DNA of 32,000 nt from Candidatus Caldarchaeales archaeon (GCA_032249095.1 JAVVGN010000012.1:362-32361); one strand, 5' to 3'; positions 16,451 to 25,663 are shown, numbered from the stretch's first letter. Notes: generated from the sequence alone by a model not told the origin. Numbers and translations: made by a program.

Positions 16451-17818
16451 ATGACCGCGGCAAATACTGGGAAGAATGCATCTACGAGCAGAAGAACCTT
16501 CATAGGAACGATCGCGGGAGCTGCCGCCGGTCTTGTTGTGGGAGCTGCAGTAGGCTCTCGCTTCTTGCCGCCTGCACAAGTAGAAAGAACAATCACAAGG
16601 ACTGTCATGAGTGAGGTAACAAGGGAGGTAACAAAAGAGCTAGAGGTGCCGGCGGCAAAAACTGCTTGGACTGGGAAGAAATGGGTGCCGATTGTTAACA
16701 AATTCATGACGTTTAAGGACCTTCAAGACGAGCTTAAAAGCGAGGCCAAAGTCATAATTGCAAACTGGACATACTGGGGGTTGGCCGACACCGCGTTCGT
16801 CAAGGAATTCAAAGACTATGTTGCCCTCATGTATGATGTCGATGTAGACATAGACATATTGGGTACACAGGAAGCTAAGGGCGGCTTCATGTTCCAACTT
16901 TACTCGGCATATAGCGCTGGGCTGAAAGCGCCATACGACGTCATGCATTTGGAGCAGAACTTCTTCGAGGAGGGCGTTGCTAAGAATATTGCTACGCCGT
17001 TCTTGCCCTCACCGCTTGTCCCAAATATGATGATGGTAGACCCCTACTTCCTGAATCTCCCATACGGTATACAGTTCCAGAACCACGCATTAGCGAACTT
17101 CACCGTCAATACAAAGTATGTGGGGAGCTGGTTTAACTCATGGCGAGCTTTAGCCGACAGTAGGCTGAGAGAAAAAATAACCCTCTGGGTATTCGAGGAT
17201 AACGGCTTCTGGGGATGGTTGACAGTAATGGCACAAGATCTAGGTAAGAACTACAAGAACCCTGACGAGATGAAGGAAGTCTTGAAATGGGTAGCAGAAA
17301 ACATCCATCCCAACGTCTTAAAATATACCAGCGACGAGGCAGAACTTGATGAGCTCTTAGGGAGGGAGATAAGCTGGGCGTCAGCCTATTGGTGCGCGCT
17401 GGGAGAGGGATATATATTGACAAAACCCGAGCTCAAAGGAAACCAAGTCCTTCCTTGGGAATTTAAGAGCCCGCAAGTTAACCTTCCCGGGATACTATGG
17501 ATACCGAAGGATGCTGAGCACCCGTTACTAGCTCAGGTTGCGGCGGACTGGTTGATAAGCCCGCTCCACCAGCTGCCAGACATAAACAAATACAAAGAAT
17601 ACACGAAGGAGCTTTGGCTGAGAACTGAGGAGGGTCTCCTCGGCCCGGAGTACGCCCAATATATACCTGACTGGGTTAATAACCTCGGTCCGAGAGGGAT
17701 AGACGAGGTATATCCATCGATAGAGGAGGCTAAAAAGTATCCTAAGATAGACTGGCTATACGTCAACGAACATGCACCCGAGTGGATAGACTATTACAAA
17801 GAGCTGATAGGGGCATAA
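16451..17818 (+). CDS. ABC transporter extracellular solute-binding protein with a twin-arginine signal
   Basis: The N-terminus has TSRRTFIGTIAGAAAGLVVGAAVG (Tat-like RR motif plus hydrophobic region). It is 455 aa and is the first gene of an SBP-permease-permease-ATPase operon. I cannot assign a substrate. Confidence 0.8.
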   Translation: MTAANTGKNASTSRRTFIGTIAGAAAGLVVGAAVGSRFLPPAQVERTITRTVMSEVTREVTKELEVPAAKTAWTGKKWVPIVNKFMTFKDLQDELKSEAKVIIANWTYWGLADTAFVKEFKDYVALMYDVDVDIDILGTQEAKGGFMFQLYSAYSAGLKAPYDVMHLEQNFFEEGVAKNIATPFLPSPLVPNMMMVDPYFLNLPYGIQFQNHALANFTVNTKYVGSWFNSWRALADSRLREKITLWVFEDNGFWGWLTVMAQDLGKNYKNPDEMKEVLKWVAENIHPNVLKYTSDEAELDELLGREISWASAYWCALGEGYILTKPELKGNQVLPWEFKSPQVNLPGILWIPKDAEHPLLAQVAADWLISPLHQLPDINKYKEYTKELWLRTEEGLLGPEYAQYIPDWVNNLGPRGIDEVYPSIEEAKKYPKIDWLYVNEHAPEWIDYYKELIGA

Positions 17819-17824
17819 CTTGTA

Positions 17825-18676
17825 GTGGGGCTGCTTCAGGTATTGCAGTCGCCCTCAATTCGAGGTTTTTTATTGACACTTCCGGGCCTGCTAATACAGA
17901 TATTTTTCTTCTTCATACCGCTGTCTATGCTTTTCATCATGAGCTTCACTCTGAAAGACTCTTTCTTCTTCACACCCATATTCACCGCAGAAAATTATCT
18001 TAGGCTATTTAGAATATACAGGATTGACCTGCAAAACACTTTCTTCTTAACGAGTGTGGCAGCGACGTTAGATATTCTTCTAGGATACCCATTCGCCTAC
18101 TTCATGGTAAGGAAGGTTAAGAGGCTTGCAGATGTATTCAGAGCGATCCTCATAATCCCTCTCTTCGGGGAGCTGTATATAGCATATGGCCTCCTCTACC
18201 TCATTCTTCCGGGTGGGCCTGTGGCAAACTTGTTGGAAACCTTGGGCATACCCGCTCTGGAGGCCCTTTATTCTCTACCCACGACAATACTCGCTCTAGC
18301 CCTCTACACTTTACCATTCGTTGTCTATAATATAGGAGTCTCCCTTCAGGGAATAGAACGGTCTTACGAGGAGGCGGCAAGGTGTCTGGGCGCATCCCCA
18401 ACGCAGGCTTTTTTAAGAATTACGCTTCCACTGAGTCTACCAGGGGTAGTTACAGGCTGGCTTACTAGTTTTGGCTGGAATCTTGGAGCGTACGCTATCC
18501 CTATACTTTTAGGTGGACCAATAATTGGAACGCGGGTAATATCTAATCAGATATGGACTACGAGTCTAGTGGTCTCTGATTTCGGCATGGGAAGCGCTCT
18601 TGGAGTAATTGTGGTTTTGATCACCATGTCTATCTTCTACATTGTTACTAGACTAAGTAGGGGTGTACTGGTATGA
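17825..18676 (+). CDS. ABC transporter permease (PotB/CysT-like)
   Basis: Six-TM pattern with an EAA loop (YEEAARCLGASPTQAFLRITLPLSLPG). Confidence 0.9.
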   Translation: MGLLQVLQSPSIRGFLLTLPGLLIQIFFFFIPLSMLFIMSFTLKDSFFFTPIFTAENYLRLFRIYRIDLQNTFFLTSVAATLDILLGYPFAYFMVRKVKRLADVFRAILIIPLFGELYIAYGLLYLILPGGPVANLLETLGIPALEALYSLPTTILALALYTLPFVVYNIGVSLQGIERSYEEAARCLGASPTQAFLRITLPLSLPGVVTGWLTSFGWNLGAYAIPILLGGPIIGTRVISNQIWTTSLVVSDFGMGSALGVIVVLITMSIFYIVTRLSRGVLV

Positions 18677-19485
18677 AGTCGCTGAAAAAGGAGCACGTAC
18701 ACACAGCTTTAGTCTATCTATACTTGATTATAGTAAGTATCCTGATACTTATGCCATTGGCAATGACGCTCTTTAGGGCAATCTTTACGCAGAGTGAGGA
18801 GGGGAAGCTCGCGATCTCCATAGAACCTTATTTCACGATTTCTGAGGGGTTCTGGGACAAGATGCAGGTAAGTATATCCATCTCCCTTGTTACCGTGGCA
18901 TTAACCACCGCGATAAGCCTGCCAGTGGCTTACGGCATCGTAAAATACGATTTTAGGGGAAAGAAGTTAATATTCACATTGCTGAACGGGGTCTGGTATG
19001 TGCCAGGTATAACTTATGGGTTATCGCTGGTTCTGGCGTACTACTTTGTCTATAAATTCCTCCTAGGTTTTTGGGGATTCGTAGCCGCATATTCAACCGG
19101 GTTTATGCTGTTATCGCTGTTAACTCAAATAGTAGCATTTAGAAATTTTGACCCAGTTTTTGAGGAAGCAGCAAGGTGCTTGGGTGCAGGGCGTCTCCAG
19201 ACTTTTTTGAGAGTGACCCTTCCTCTTATAGGACCCGGTATCACGGCTGGAGTCATCTTGGTGCTCGTCCTCTCACTAAATGAGTTCATAACAGCATTAC
19301 TCATTAGTGGGCCGACGAGGATAAAGACAGCTCCATTACAGGTCTTCACCGACATTAGGCATGCTGGTGTGAGACCATTTGTTGCTGCGGAGGCAACTAT
19401 ATTGCAGCTGGTCTCTTTGGCGATTGTGATTGTCTACCTAAAGTTCTTTGGAACAAAATACTTAAGGGGATCCATCATGATTTAG
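18673..19485 (+). CDS. ABC transporter permease (PotC/CysW-like)
   Basis: A 4-nt ATGA overlap with the upstream permease suggests translational coupling. EAA loop is FEEAARCLGAGRLQTFLRVTLPLIGPG. Confidence 0.9.
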   Translation: MKSLKKEHVHTALVYLYLIIVSILILMPLAMTLFRAIFTQSEEGKLAISIEPYFTISEGFWDKMQVSISISLVTVALTTAISLPVAYGIVKYDFRGKKLIFTLLNGVWYVPGITYGLSLVLAYYFVYKFLLGFWGFVAAYSTGFMLLSLLTQIVAFRNFDPVFEEAARCLGAGRLQTFLRVTLPLIGPGITAGVILVLVLSLNEFITALLISGPTRIKTAPLQVFTDIRHAGVRPFVAAEATILQLVSLAIVIVYLKFFGTKYLRGSIMI

Positions 19486-19494
19486 AGTTCAGGT

Positions 19495-20580
19495 ATGATT
19501 AAGGTTGAGGCTATTGAGTTAGTGAAGAGGTATGGTCAAACATTAGCAGTTGATAGGGCATCAATAACTGCAGACAAGGGAGAGTTCATAACGATACTCG
19601 GACCGAGTGGTTGCGGTAAATCAACAACTCTAAGAATGATAGCGGGTCTAATAACTCCAGACGCGGGGAGGATATTTTTTGACGGAAAGGACGTAACCGG
19701 CCTCCCTCCAGAGAAGAGAAACATTGGTTTTGTGTTTCAAAGGGTAGCTCTTTTCCCGCACATGAACGTGTTTAAAAACGTTGCCTTCGGGCTTCAGATG
19801 AGAAAGTATCCTAAAAGCGAGATCAAAAGTAGAGTATCCGAGGTTCTCCGACTAGTTAGGATGGAGGGGTTTGAAGAGCGTATGCCAAGCCAGCTGAGCG
19901 GGGGGCAAGCACAACGTGTCGAGATTGCAAGGGTACTTGCTACGGATCCAGCCGTGCTTCTTTTTGACGAGCCTCTAAGCAACATAGACGCTAAGTTGAG
20001 GGACGAGCTAAAATATGAGATAAGGCGCATCCAAAAGGAGACTGGAAAAACAACGATTTACGTGACTCATGACCAAAGCGAAGCTTTCGCAATTTCGGAT
20101 AGGATTTACGTTATGAACAGTGGACGAATAGAGCAGGTAGGTACACCATATGAACTATATACCAATCCGAGGACGCCTTTCGTCGCTGCGTTTATTGGAA
20201 GCAGCAACTTCATCGAGGTTAGGGTCATTGGATACCAAGAGGAAAGCTCTACCACACTGGTTCGAGCGGGCAATGTTACTTTAAGGGTTCGAGGCGGCCC
20301 ACTGTTAAGCGAGGGCTCTAAGATAATTCTGTCGTTAAGGCCTGAGGATATTTACCTGCTCGACGAGAACCATCCGGCGGAGGCTGAGTACTTGAACGTG
20401 TTAAAGGGAAGGGTGGAGAGCGTCACTTTTGTGGGCACATTCGTTCGAGTCAATTTTGATGTTGATGGTCTATCCTTTAAGGTTGATGTTCACGGAGAAG
20501 ACAGGTTCCGTGCCCTGAGGATGCAGGGTAAGGAAGCATTAATCGGGTTTAGCCGCTGCACCATTCTAAACATACCCTAA
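19495..20580 (+). CDS. ABC transporter ATP-binding protein with a C-terminal TOBE-like domain (PotA/MalK type)
   Basis: Walker A GPSGCGKST, signature LSGGQAQR and Walker B LLFDEPLSNID. It is 361 aa with a regulatory C-terminal beta domain. Confidence 0.95.
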   Translation: MIKVEAIELVKRYGQTLAVDRASITADKGEFITILGPSGCGKSTTLRMIAGLITPDAGRIFFDGKDVTGLPPEKRNIGFVFQRVALFPHMNVFKNVAFGLQMRKYPKSEIKSRVSEVLRLVRMEGFEERMPSQLSGGQAQRVEIARVLATDPAVLLFDEPLSNIDAKLRDELKYEIRRIQKETGKTTIYVTHDQSEAFAISDRIYVMNSGRIEQVGTPYELYTNPRTPFVAAFIGSSNFIEVRVIGYQEESSTTLVRAGNVTLRVRGGPLLSEGSKIILSLRPEDIYLLDENHPAEAEYLNVLKGRVESVTFVGTFVRVNFDVDGLSFKVDVHGEDRFRALRMQGKEALIGFSRCTILNIP

Positions 20581-20630
20581 GCCCATCAAAGTTCTCATCG
20601 AATAAATTAGATCACTTTTCCGGAGGAAGG

Positions 20631-20735
20631 GTGAGGACTTGGATGATATCCTCCGTCGCGACGCTGAGGTGGCTCATATATGAGGTGACGGCTGGAGAAA
20701 CGCCGCCGAGAATCTATCACCGTTCAACTCTATAG
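20631..20735 (+). CDS. 34-codon micro-ORF, copy 2 of the conserved C-terminal part of 10459..10665
   Basis: GTG at 20631 is preceded by ggagg. It translates to VRTWMISSVATLRWLIYEVTAGETPPRIYHRSTL, and most differences from copy 1 fall at third codon positions. Confidence 0.3.
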   Translation: MRTWMISSVATLRWLIYEVTAGETPPRIYHRSTL

Positions 20736-20818
20736 TCCTAGAGAGGGTGCAGGTGGAGAGGTTCCACATAGTTGCAAGGCCATATGAGATAAAGACACAG
20801 AATGAGGGGGTGTAGTGA

Positions 20819-21687
20819 GTGGGTAGATACCTGCCGCGGGAGCTTCGGATCAAGCTGTACAATGATGTCGTTGCCCTTCGTAGAGGCGGGCTTACATATA
20901 GAGGGATTATCAAAGAAATCTATCGAAGATACGGAGTTGGGATCTCTAAGTCTCATATAAGCTACTGGCTACGTGGGGTACATAGCCCATACAATGGTAG
21001 ACGGATACCTTCACTAGAACTGTTGAAGTCCTCAGAGGAATTAGCGTACGTGATAGGTGTGAAGGTCGGTGACGGATACACTTATAGGGTAAGGAGCGTC
21101 CGCAAAGGTTACAACTATGTCATGATAGGTCTTGAGGCTAGGGATAGGGAGTTTGTCGAGGAGTTTGGAAGATGTCTAGCCATAGTCCTAGGAAGGAAGC
21201 CAATCAAATCAATCTATACAAATAACGTAGCGAAATATTACGTCGGAGTTGGGTCGAAGACGCTCTACGAGCTTCTCAGAAAACCAGTTGACCTTGATAG
21301 ACTGAAGAAATATATTGAGCGTTGTGAGAGGTGTGTGGCGGCTTTCATCAGGGGATTCGCAGACTCAGAAGGAAGCGTCAACAAACGTGGTTACATAATT
21401 ATCTCTACAACACAAACATCGAGTTACTCATATACGTCATAGGGCTTCTTAAAAGACTTGACGTAGAGTCGACTGGGCCAAAACTCAATACTCGACGAGG
21501 AACTATATTCTATGATCCTAGGACGGGGAAGAAATACGTAGCCAACAAGGATTGCTATCGCATATATATACGATCAAGAAGCAGTGTCAGCTTCTACAAA
21601 CACGTAGGCTTCACTATTAGGAGGAAGCAGATACGGCTAGAGAACTACGTCAAGAGAACCACTAGGATGCCTACCCCCTCCACCTAA
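20819..21687 (+). pseudogene. HTH + double-LAGLIDADG homing-endonuclease-like gene, copy 2 (single frameshift)
   Basis: ORFs 20819..21442 and 21331..21687 join into a ~290-aa protein. It has an N-terminal HTH-like segment, LAYVIGVKVGDGYTY and AAFIRGFADSEGS dodecapeptide motifs. The frame changes near 21404..21412, where tctacaacacaaac looks like a 2-nt insertion. Confidence 0.8.
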
Positions 21688-21736
21688 CCATTTCCCAGCA
21701 AACACCCCCACACTCATCTTATCAATTAACTAAAAT

Positions 21737-21810
21737 TGGGCCCGGTGGGATTCGAACCCACGACCTACCGGTTATGAGCCGGCCGCTCCACCTGGCTGAG
21801 CTACGGGCCC
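21737..21810 (-). tRNA. tRNA with anticodon CAU (elongator Met or Ile2)
   Basis: 74-nt cloverleaf: GGGCCCG UA GCUC AGCCAGGUG GAGC G GCCGG CUCAUAA CCGGU AGGUC GUGGG UUCGAAU CCCAC CGGGCCC A. The G1-C72 pair and only two G-C pairs closing the anticodon stem argue against an initiator. Confidence 0.9.
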
Positions 21811-21832
21811 ACAGTCCTCTGACGGCCGATCA

Positions 21833-21840
21833 CTATAAAT
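21833..21840 (-). promoter_or_regulatory. TATA box of the tRNA-CAU gene
   Basis: The minus strand reads atttatag, ending 22 nt upstream of tRNA position 1. Confidence 0.5.
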
Positions 21841-21914
21841 GCATTAGCCCTAATTTAAGCTCTTCCAGCCGTGGGCTAAAGGATTTAGTCTAGCGCCCCC
21901 TGTTATTATACATC

Positions 21915-23639
21915 GTGAGTCTTAGTGTCGGGAATAATGATGTTGTAAGGGCTGCGCGGGTCGCTCTCTCTCCTAGCAGGCTCAGAATACTTAGGCTCCT
22001 CACTGCCTCACAAATGAGTTTTTCAGAGATCGCTGAACATCTGGGTTTTGCCGAGAGGTCTAAAAGTGTCACACTTTCTTACCACTTGAAGAGGCTGGCA
22101 CAAAACGGTTTAGTCAATTATTCGGCTAGGTCTCGCTCTTATTCTCTCACACCGCTGGGCCGGGCCGTTGTTGAGGTGATTCGGCAGCTTGAAGAAGGTT
22201 TGTCTCGGGGTAAGCTTATGATTCAGACCAGTGACGACTCAGCCGAATATCTCGACCGAAACATCCTAACAGAACTCATCGTTGGAGAATTACGCGTACC
22301 TCACCGTCTGGCTAGGAGGGTTAGCTTGGCCGTAGAGAGTGGTGTTGAATCTCTATCTGCGGACTTTTTGCCACGATGGCTGGTCGAAGACATGTTATTG
22401 GTGGAGCTTGCCTCAACTGGCCTGCCGATAAATAGGCTATCGTCCCTCGCGCACTCGGGACCGACCCTCGCCACTCTCCGGAGGATCTTCAACAAGTATA
22501 TCAGCAAGGGTGAATGGTGGCCCTTCACCAAGTATGTCTATTCTAGCGTGATGTCGACTTACGTTGTTGACAAAGCCATACCACCTAGCTTAAGAAAACA
22601 CTACTACTACGGGGAGCTAGATATTTACCACCCCGCGTGGACTCTTACACACATCTTCAGCCTCTCTCAAGGTCCAAACCAGGACGAATCTCTCGACAAA
22701 GCTCTGCTCACAGTAGTGAACGACCTTGTAATCCGTGAACGGTCATCAAGTCTGATTGAGGCAACTAAGATCGCGCCTCTCCCAGAAACTATATACCATG
22801 CGCTACAAATCTCTAGCAACAACGTTGAAGACCTAACACAATACCTGCAGGACTCGAGTACCACCACAGCGCTGACCCAACTCTTCACGTTTTTAGACAA
22901 AGCCATGATTGGGTACCCTCTCCGTGGGAACGGACAGGTGCTCTTGGCCGCCGTAGAGGAGCATCCACCACTGTTCACTAGGTATTCTATCTTGTCTGGT
23001 CAGCCTAATCATCATGTAGGCACGTATTATTTTGTGGGACTGAACGTGTATAGGCTTGTCACCGAGTCTGGCGGCGACTGGGGCGCCTTCGAGGAGAGGA
23101 CTAAAAGAGTTTTATCTGAGTTTTCAGCTTTCGCACAGCGTACAGCGCCACGAGTTAGGGCGAGACTCGAAGGGTCTGTGGTCCCCAAGTTGTATTATCT
23201 ATTGGCCCCCGTGGGAGCTATCGAAGCAGCCCAAAGCTCAGGGGACAAGACCACTTCAGAACAAATTTTCTTCTTCTTGTCTGAATTGTTGCACCGCCTC
23301 CGGAGCGTAGTAGAGGGTCTGACCGGACTTGGCGAAAGAATGCTTGTAGCCTCCTCTTGGCCTAGCTCAATCTCTAACCGCCTATTAGCCATCGACTCAC
23401 TGCTTCAGGGCCGCTCTAGTTCTGGCGATAAGCAGGGCTCGAGAATGTTCTCGCGCTATTCAGACTATCTTATCCCTCCCGGCATCCTCCGGAATAAAGA
23501 GATGGTCGCGGAGCTCTCTAGTTTGGTGTCGGGAGGCATCCTCGTAAATCTGCAAGAGCTGGATATGGTGTCTGGCTCTCTCTCAAGGGATGAGTTTGCT
23601 GACCTGCTACAGTCCTATCCCATACTCATTGTAGCGTAG
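21915..23639 (+). CDS. winged-HTH (ArsR-like) + ATP-cone + large uncharacterised C-terminal domain protein
   Basis: 574 aa with a GTG start. The N-terminus reads RLRILRLLTASQMSFSEIAEHLGF...LSYHLKRLAQNGLV (wHTH). Residues ~100-170 fit the ATP-cone pattern (MIQTSDDSAEYLDRNILTELIVGE...VEDMLLVEL). The rest includes HYYYGELDIYHPAW, reminiscent of the class III RNR (NrdD) G-x-IHIHDL region, but there is no glycyl-radical C-terminus. Confidence 0.75.
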   Translation: MSLSVGNNDVVRAARVALSPSRLRILRLLTASQMSFSEIAEHLGFAERSKSVTLSYHLKRLAQNGLVNYSARSRSYSLTPLGRAVVEVIRQLEEGLSRGKLMIQTSDDSAEYLDRNILTELIVGELRVPHRLARRVSLAVESGVESLSADFLPRWLVEDMLLVELASTGLPINRLSSLAHSGPTLATLRRIFNKYISKGEWWPFTKYVYSSVMSTYVVDKAIPPSLRKHYYYGELDIYHPAWTLTHIFSLSQGPNQDESLDKALLTVVNDLVIRERSSSLIEATKIAPLPETIYHALQISSNNVEDLTQYLQDSSTTTALTQLFTFLDKAMIGYPLRGNGQVLLAAVEEHPPLFTRYSILSGQPNHHVGTYYFVGLNVYRLVTESGGDWGAFEERTKRVLSEFSAFAQRTAPRVRARLEGSVVPKLYYLLAPVGAIEAAQSSGDKTTSEQIFFFLSELLHRLRSVVEGLTGLGERMLVASSWPSSISNRLLAIDSLLQGRSSSGDKQGSRMFSRYSDYLIPPGILRNKEMVAELSSLVSGGILVNLQELDMVSGSLSRDEFADLLQSYPILIVA

Positions 23640-23652
23640 TGGGCTCGACCAG

Positions 23653-24030
23653 CTAGCCTGTCCTCTTCATCCTCAGGTTGAGAATTGCTCGCGCGAGGTC
23701 TCCCCCAGCATCTATAAGGGCCTGTCGCGCCTCCTCTAAACTGACTTCTGCTTGAGAGGCGACTAGCGCTACATCCTCTTGGTTAGGCTCGTACGCTGTG
23801 ATCTCAGTCTTTGCTTCTGCCTCCTCCACCTCCTCGCCACCGACGATCTGGTACATGCGTCCAGCTTGTGTATTGACTGCAATAACGTTAGCTCCTCGGA
23901 TCCTGATGGTCTTCCCCTCGAGATCAATAAGTACCTCCCTTGCCTGCCCCAGCTCCTTCATGCTCAGACCCAAACTACTCAACATCCGCTCCTGCATTCG
24001 TCTTAGCTCTCTGGCACCCAGCCGCTTCAC
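23653..24030 (-). CDS. nac: nascent polypeptide-associated complex protein (archaeal NAC)
   Basis: 125 aa with a NAC domain (ELRRMQERM..GLSMKEL...VLIDLEGKTIRIRGANVIAV) and a C-terminal UBA-like tail (VSLEEARQALIDAGGDLARAI). Confidence 0.9.
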   Translation of the reverse strand: MKRLGARELRRMQERMLSSLGLSMKELGQAREVLIDLEGKTIRIRGANVIAVNTQAGRMYQIVGGEEVEEAEAKTEITAYEPNQEDVALVASQAEVSLEEARQALIDAGGDLARAILNLRMKRTG

Positions 24031-24136
24031 ATAAATGAGGTGTCGGTGTGGCTGATATATGGTTTTACAACTATCTACAGAAATACTTATTACGCCTGCA
24101 GCGAATTAATGAATAGCGTTGACCAGTGTTTCAGAC

Positions 24137-25384
24137 TTGTCAGTCTTTCTCCCTGTTGGTGGGGTGGCAAAGAGACTGCGCCCCCTCACAGTCGAGGTAT
24201 CCAAGGCCCTGGTCAGGTTCCTTGGCCGTCCCCTTATCGAATACACAATTGTGCACCTCGCGTCTCAGGGAATAAGGAATTTTATCTTTGGGGTGAAAGG
24301 CTACGTTAACTATAGATCACTATTCGATTATTTCCAGGAAGGATACGGGATATCGGCAAAATATGGCTTTAACCCCCGTATACACATAAGATACCAGCCC
24401 AACATCGAAGACCTCGGAAGCGCCGACAGCTTCTTCATCAACCTAGACTATTACAACTTAAACTCGCCGGTTCTAGTGGCTCAGGGAGACACGATTTTCA
24501 ATCTCGACGTATCAGACCTCCTGAATTTCCATGAGAAGGTTGGAGCCTTTTCAACCATCGTCGTAAAGCCTGTGGAGGACCCATCCTCCTACGGCGTCGT
24601 CGCTGTGGACAAGGATAGGCGGATAACCTCGTTTGTAGAGAAGCCGAGTAAAGAGGAGGCGCCAAGCAACCTTGCCAGCACAGGTATCTGCCTCTTCTCA
24701 GAGGAGGCTCGGAAGCTCTGCCATGACAATGAGCTAAGAGCCTTCAGAGCGACCCTGCGAAGGCTAGACTTTGGGATGGATCTCTTCCCCTACCTGTTGA
24801 AAAAGGGTTACCACCTCGCAGCATATATCACAGAGTCCGACTGGTATGACGTAGGCACGCCTGAGCTTTATCTAAACTCTATGCTCCGCATCATGAATAG
24901 CGGATATATGCGGGTCCTGTTCGGTGAGCCTGCGTACGAGTCTGGAGACGCAAGGCTCTGGATACTTGGACAGAGTGCAGCGGCCCTTGCCAGGCGCGAA
25001 GAAATCTTACGCAAGGTCAAGACGGGCAGGATCAGGATAAACGGGAACGTCCTGATAGGACGCCACTGCGATATTGGGGATGACGTGGTCATTAACGACT
25101 CCTATATAGATAATTACTGTTTTATCAGTGACGGTGTCACGATAGAGCGGTCCGCGGTTCATGACAGGGTGTTTATAGGTGAGGGGGGTTATGTTCAAGA
25201 CAGCATAATCGCTCGCCACTCAAAGATTTTGTCGTCACGGACTGAGCCTACAGTCGTGATAGGAATAAGCGTAGTAGGAGACAACGCCGTCGTTCAGGAG
25301 GGCTCCTTTCTTACCAATGCAAGGATTGATCCTCACAGCTACGTCTCAAGAGAAAGCACTCTGCAGAAGAGAGCGGTGGTCTAA
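24137..25384 (+). CDS. sugar-phosphate nucleotidyltransferase with a C-terminal hexapeptide-repeat (LbH) domain
   Basis: It has the LPVGGVAKRLRPLT nucleotidyltransferase signature and a C-terminal left-handed beta-helix repeat region (IGRHCDIGDDVVINDSYI...). The track start is TTG at 24119; TTG at 24137 gives the usual MxxxxLxxGG N-terminus and lies about 27 nt from aattaatga. Confidence 0.85.
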   Translation: MSVFLPVGGVAKRLRPLTVEVSKALVRFLGRPLIEYTIVHLASQGIRNFIFGVKGYVNYRSLFDYFQEGYGISAKYGFNPRIHIRYQPNIEDLGSADSFFINLDYYNLNSPVLVAQGDTIFNLDVSDLLNFHEKVGAFSTIVVKPVEDPSSYGVVAVDKDRRITSFVEKPSKEEAPSNLASTGICLFSEEARKLCHDNELRAFRATLRRLDFGMDLFPYLLKKGYHLAAYITESDWYDVGTPELYLNSMLRIMNSGYMRVLFGEPAYESGDARLWILGQSAAALARREEILRKVKTGRIRINGNVLIGRHCDIGDDVVINDSYIDNYCFISDGVTIERSAVHDRVFIGEGGYVQDSIIARHSKILSSRTEPTVVIGISVVGDNAVVQEGSFLTNARIDPHSYVSRESTLQKRAVV

Positions 25385-25396
25385 GTGACGGTTTAG

Positions 25397-25663
25397 TCAG
25401 ATTGTGGGCCTTTGTTTTGGCTGGTCCTCGACGTAGATAGCCGTGATTATCTGTGAAGTGGCTCCACAGTTGGGACATTTCTCCTCTACGACGCCGAATA
25501 CGTAGTCACCATCCTTATGGCTCCTTGTGTGTATTGTATTACAATTGCTGCACTTGAGCTGGGTAATCGGATTGAAAGTTACGCCACGAGTCTTCGTGTA
25601 AACGTTTTCGCTTCTAATGGAGTCAACCAATCGCCTCACTCCGCCCAACCCCCTACATCCCAA
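25397..25663 (-). CDS. small zinc-ribbon protein
   Basis: CSNC-x27-CPNC four-Cys ribbon. The start overlaps the stop of the upstream DUF1512-like gene by 11 nt; an alternative GTG lies at 25639. Confidence 0.55.
   Translation of the reverse strand: MGCRGLGGVRRLVDSIRSENVYTKTRGVTFNPITQLKCSNCNTIHTRSHKDGDYVFGVVEEKCPNCGATSQIITAIYVEDQPKQRPTI

Noticed and set aside
21737-21810. Initiator tRNA-Met.
   Set aside because: Position 1-72 is G-C rather than the A-U typical of archaeal initiators, and the anticodon stem lacks the three consecutive G-C pairs. Elongator Met or Ile2(CAU) is more likely, and sequence alone cannot separate those two.
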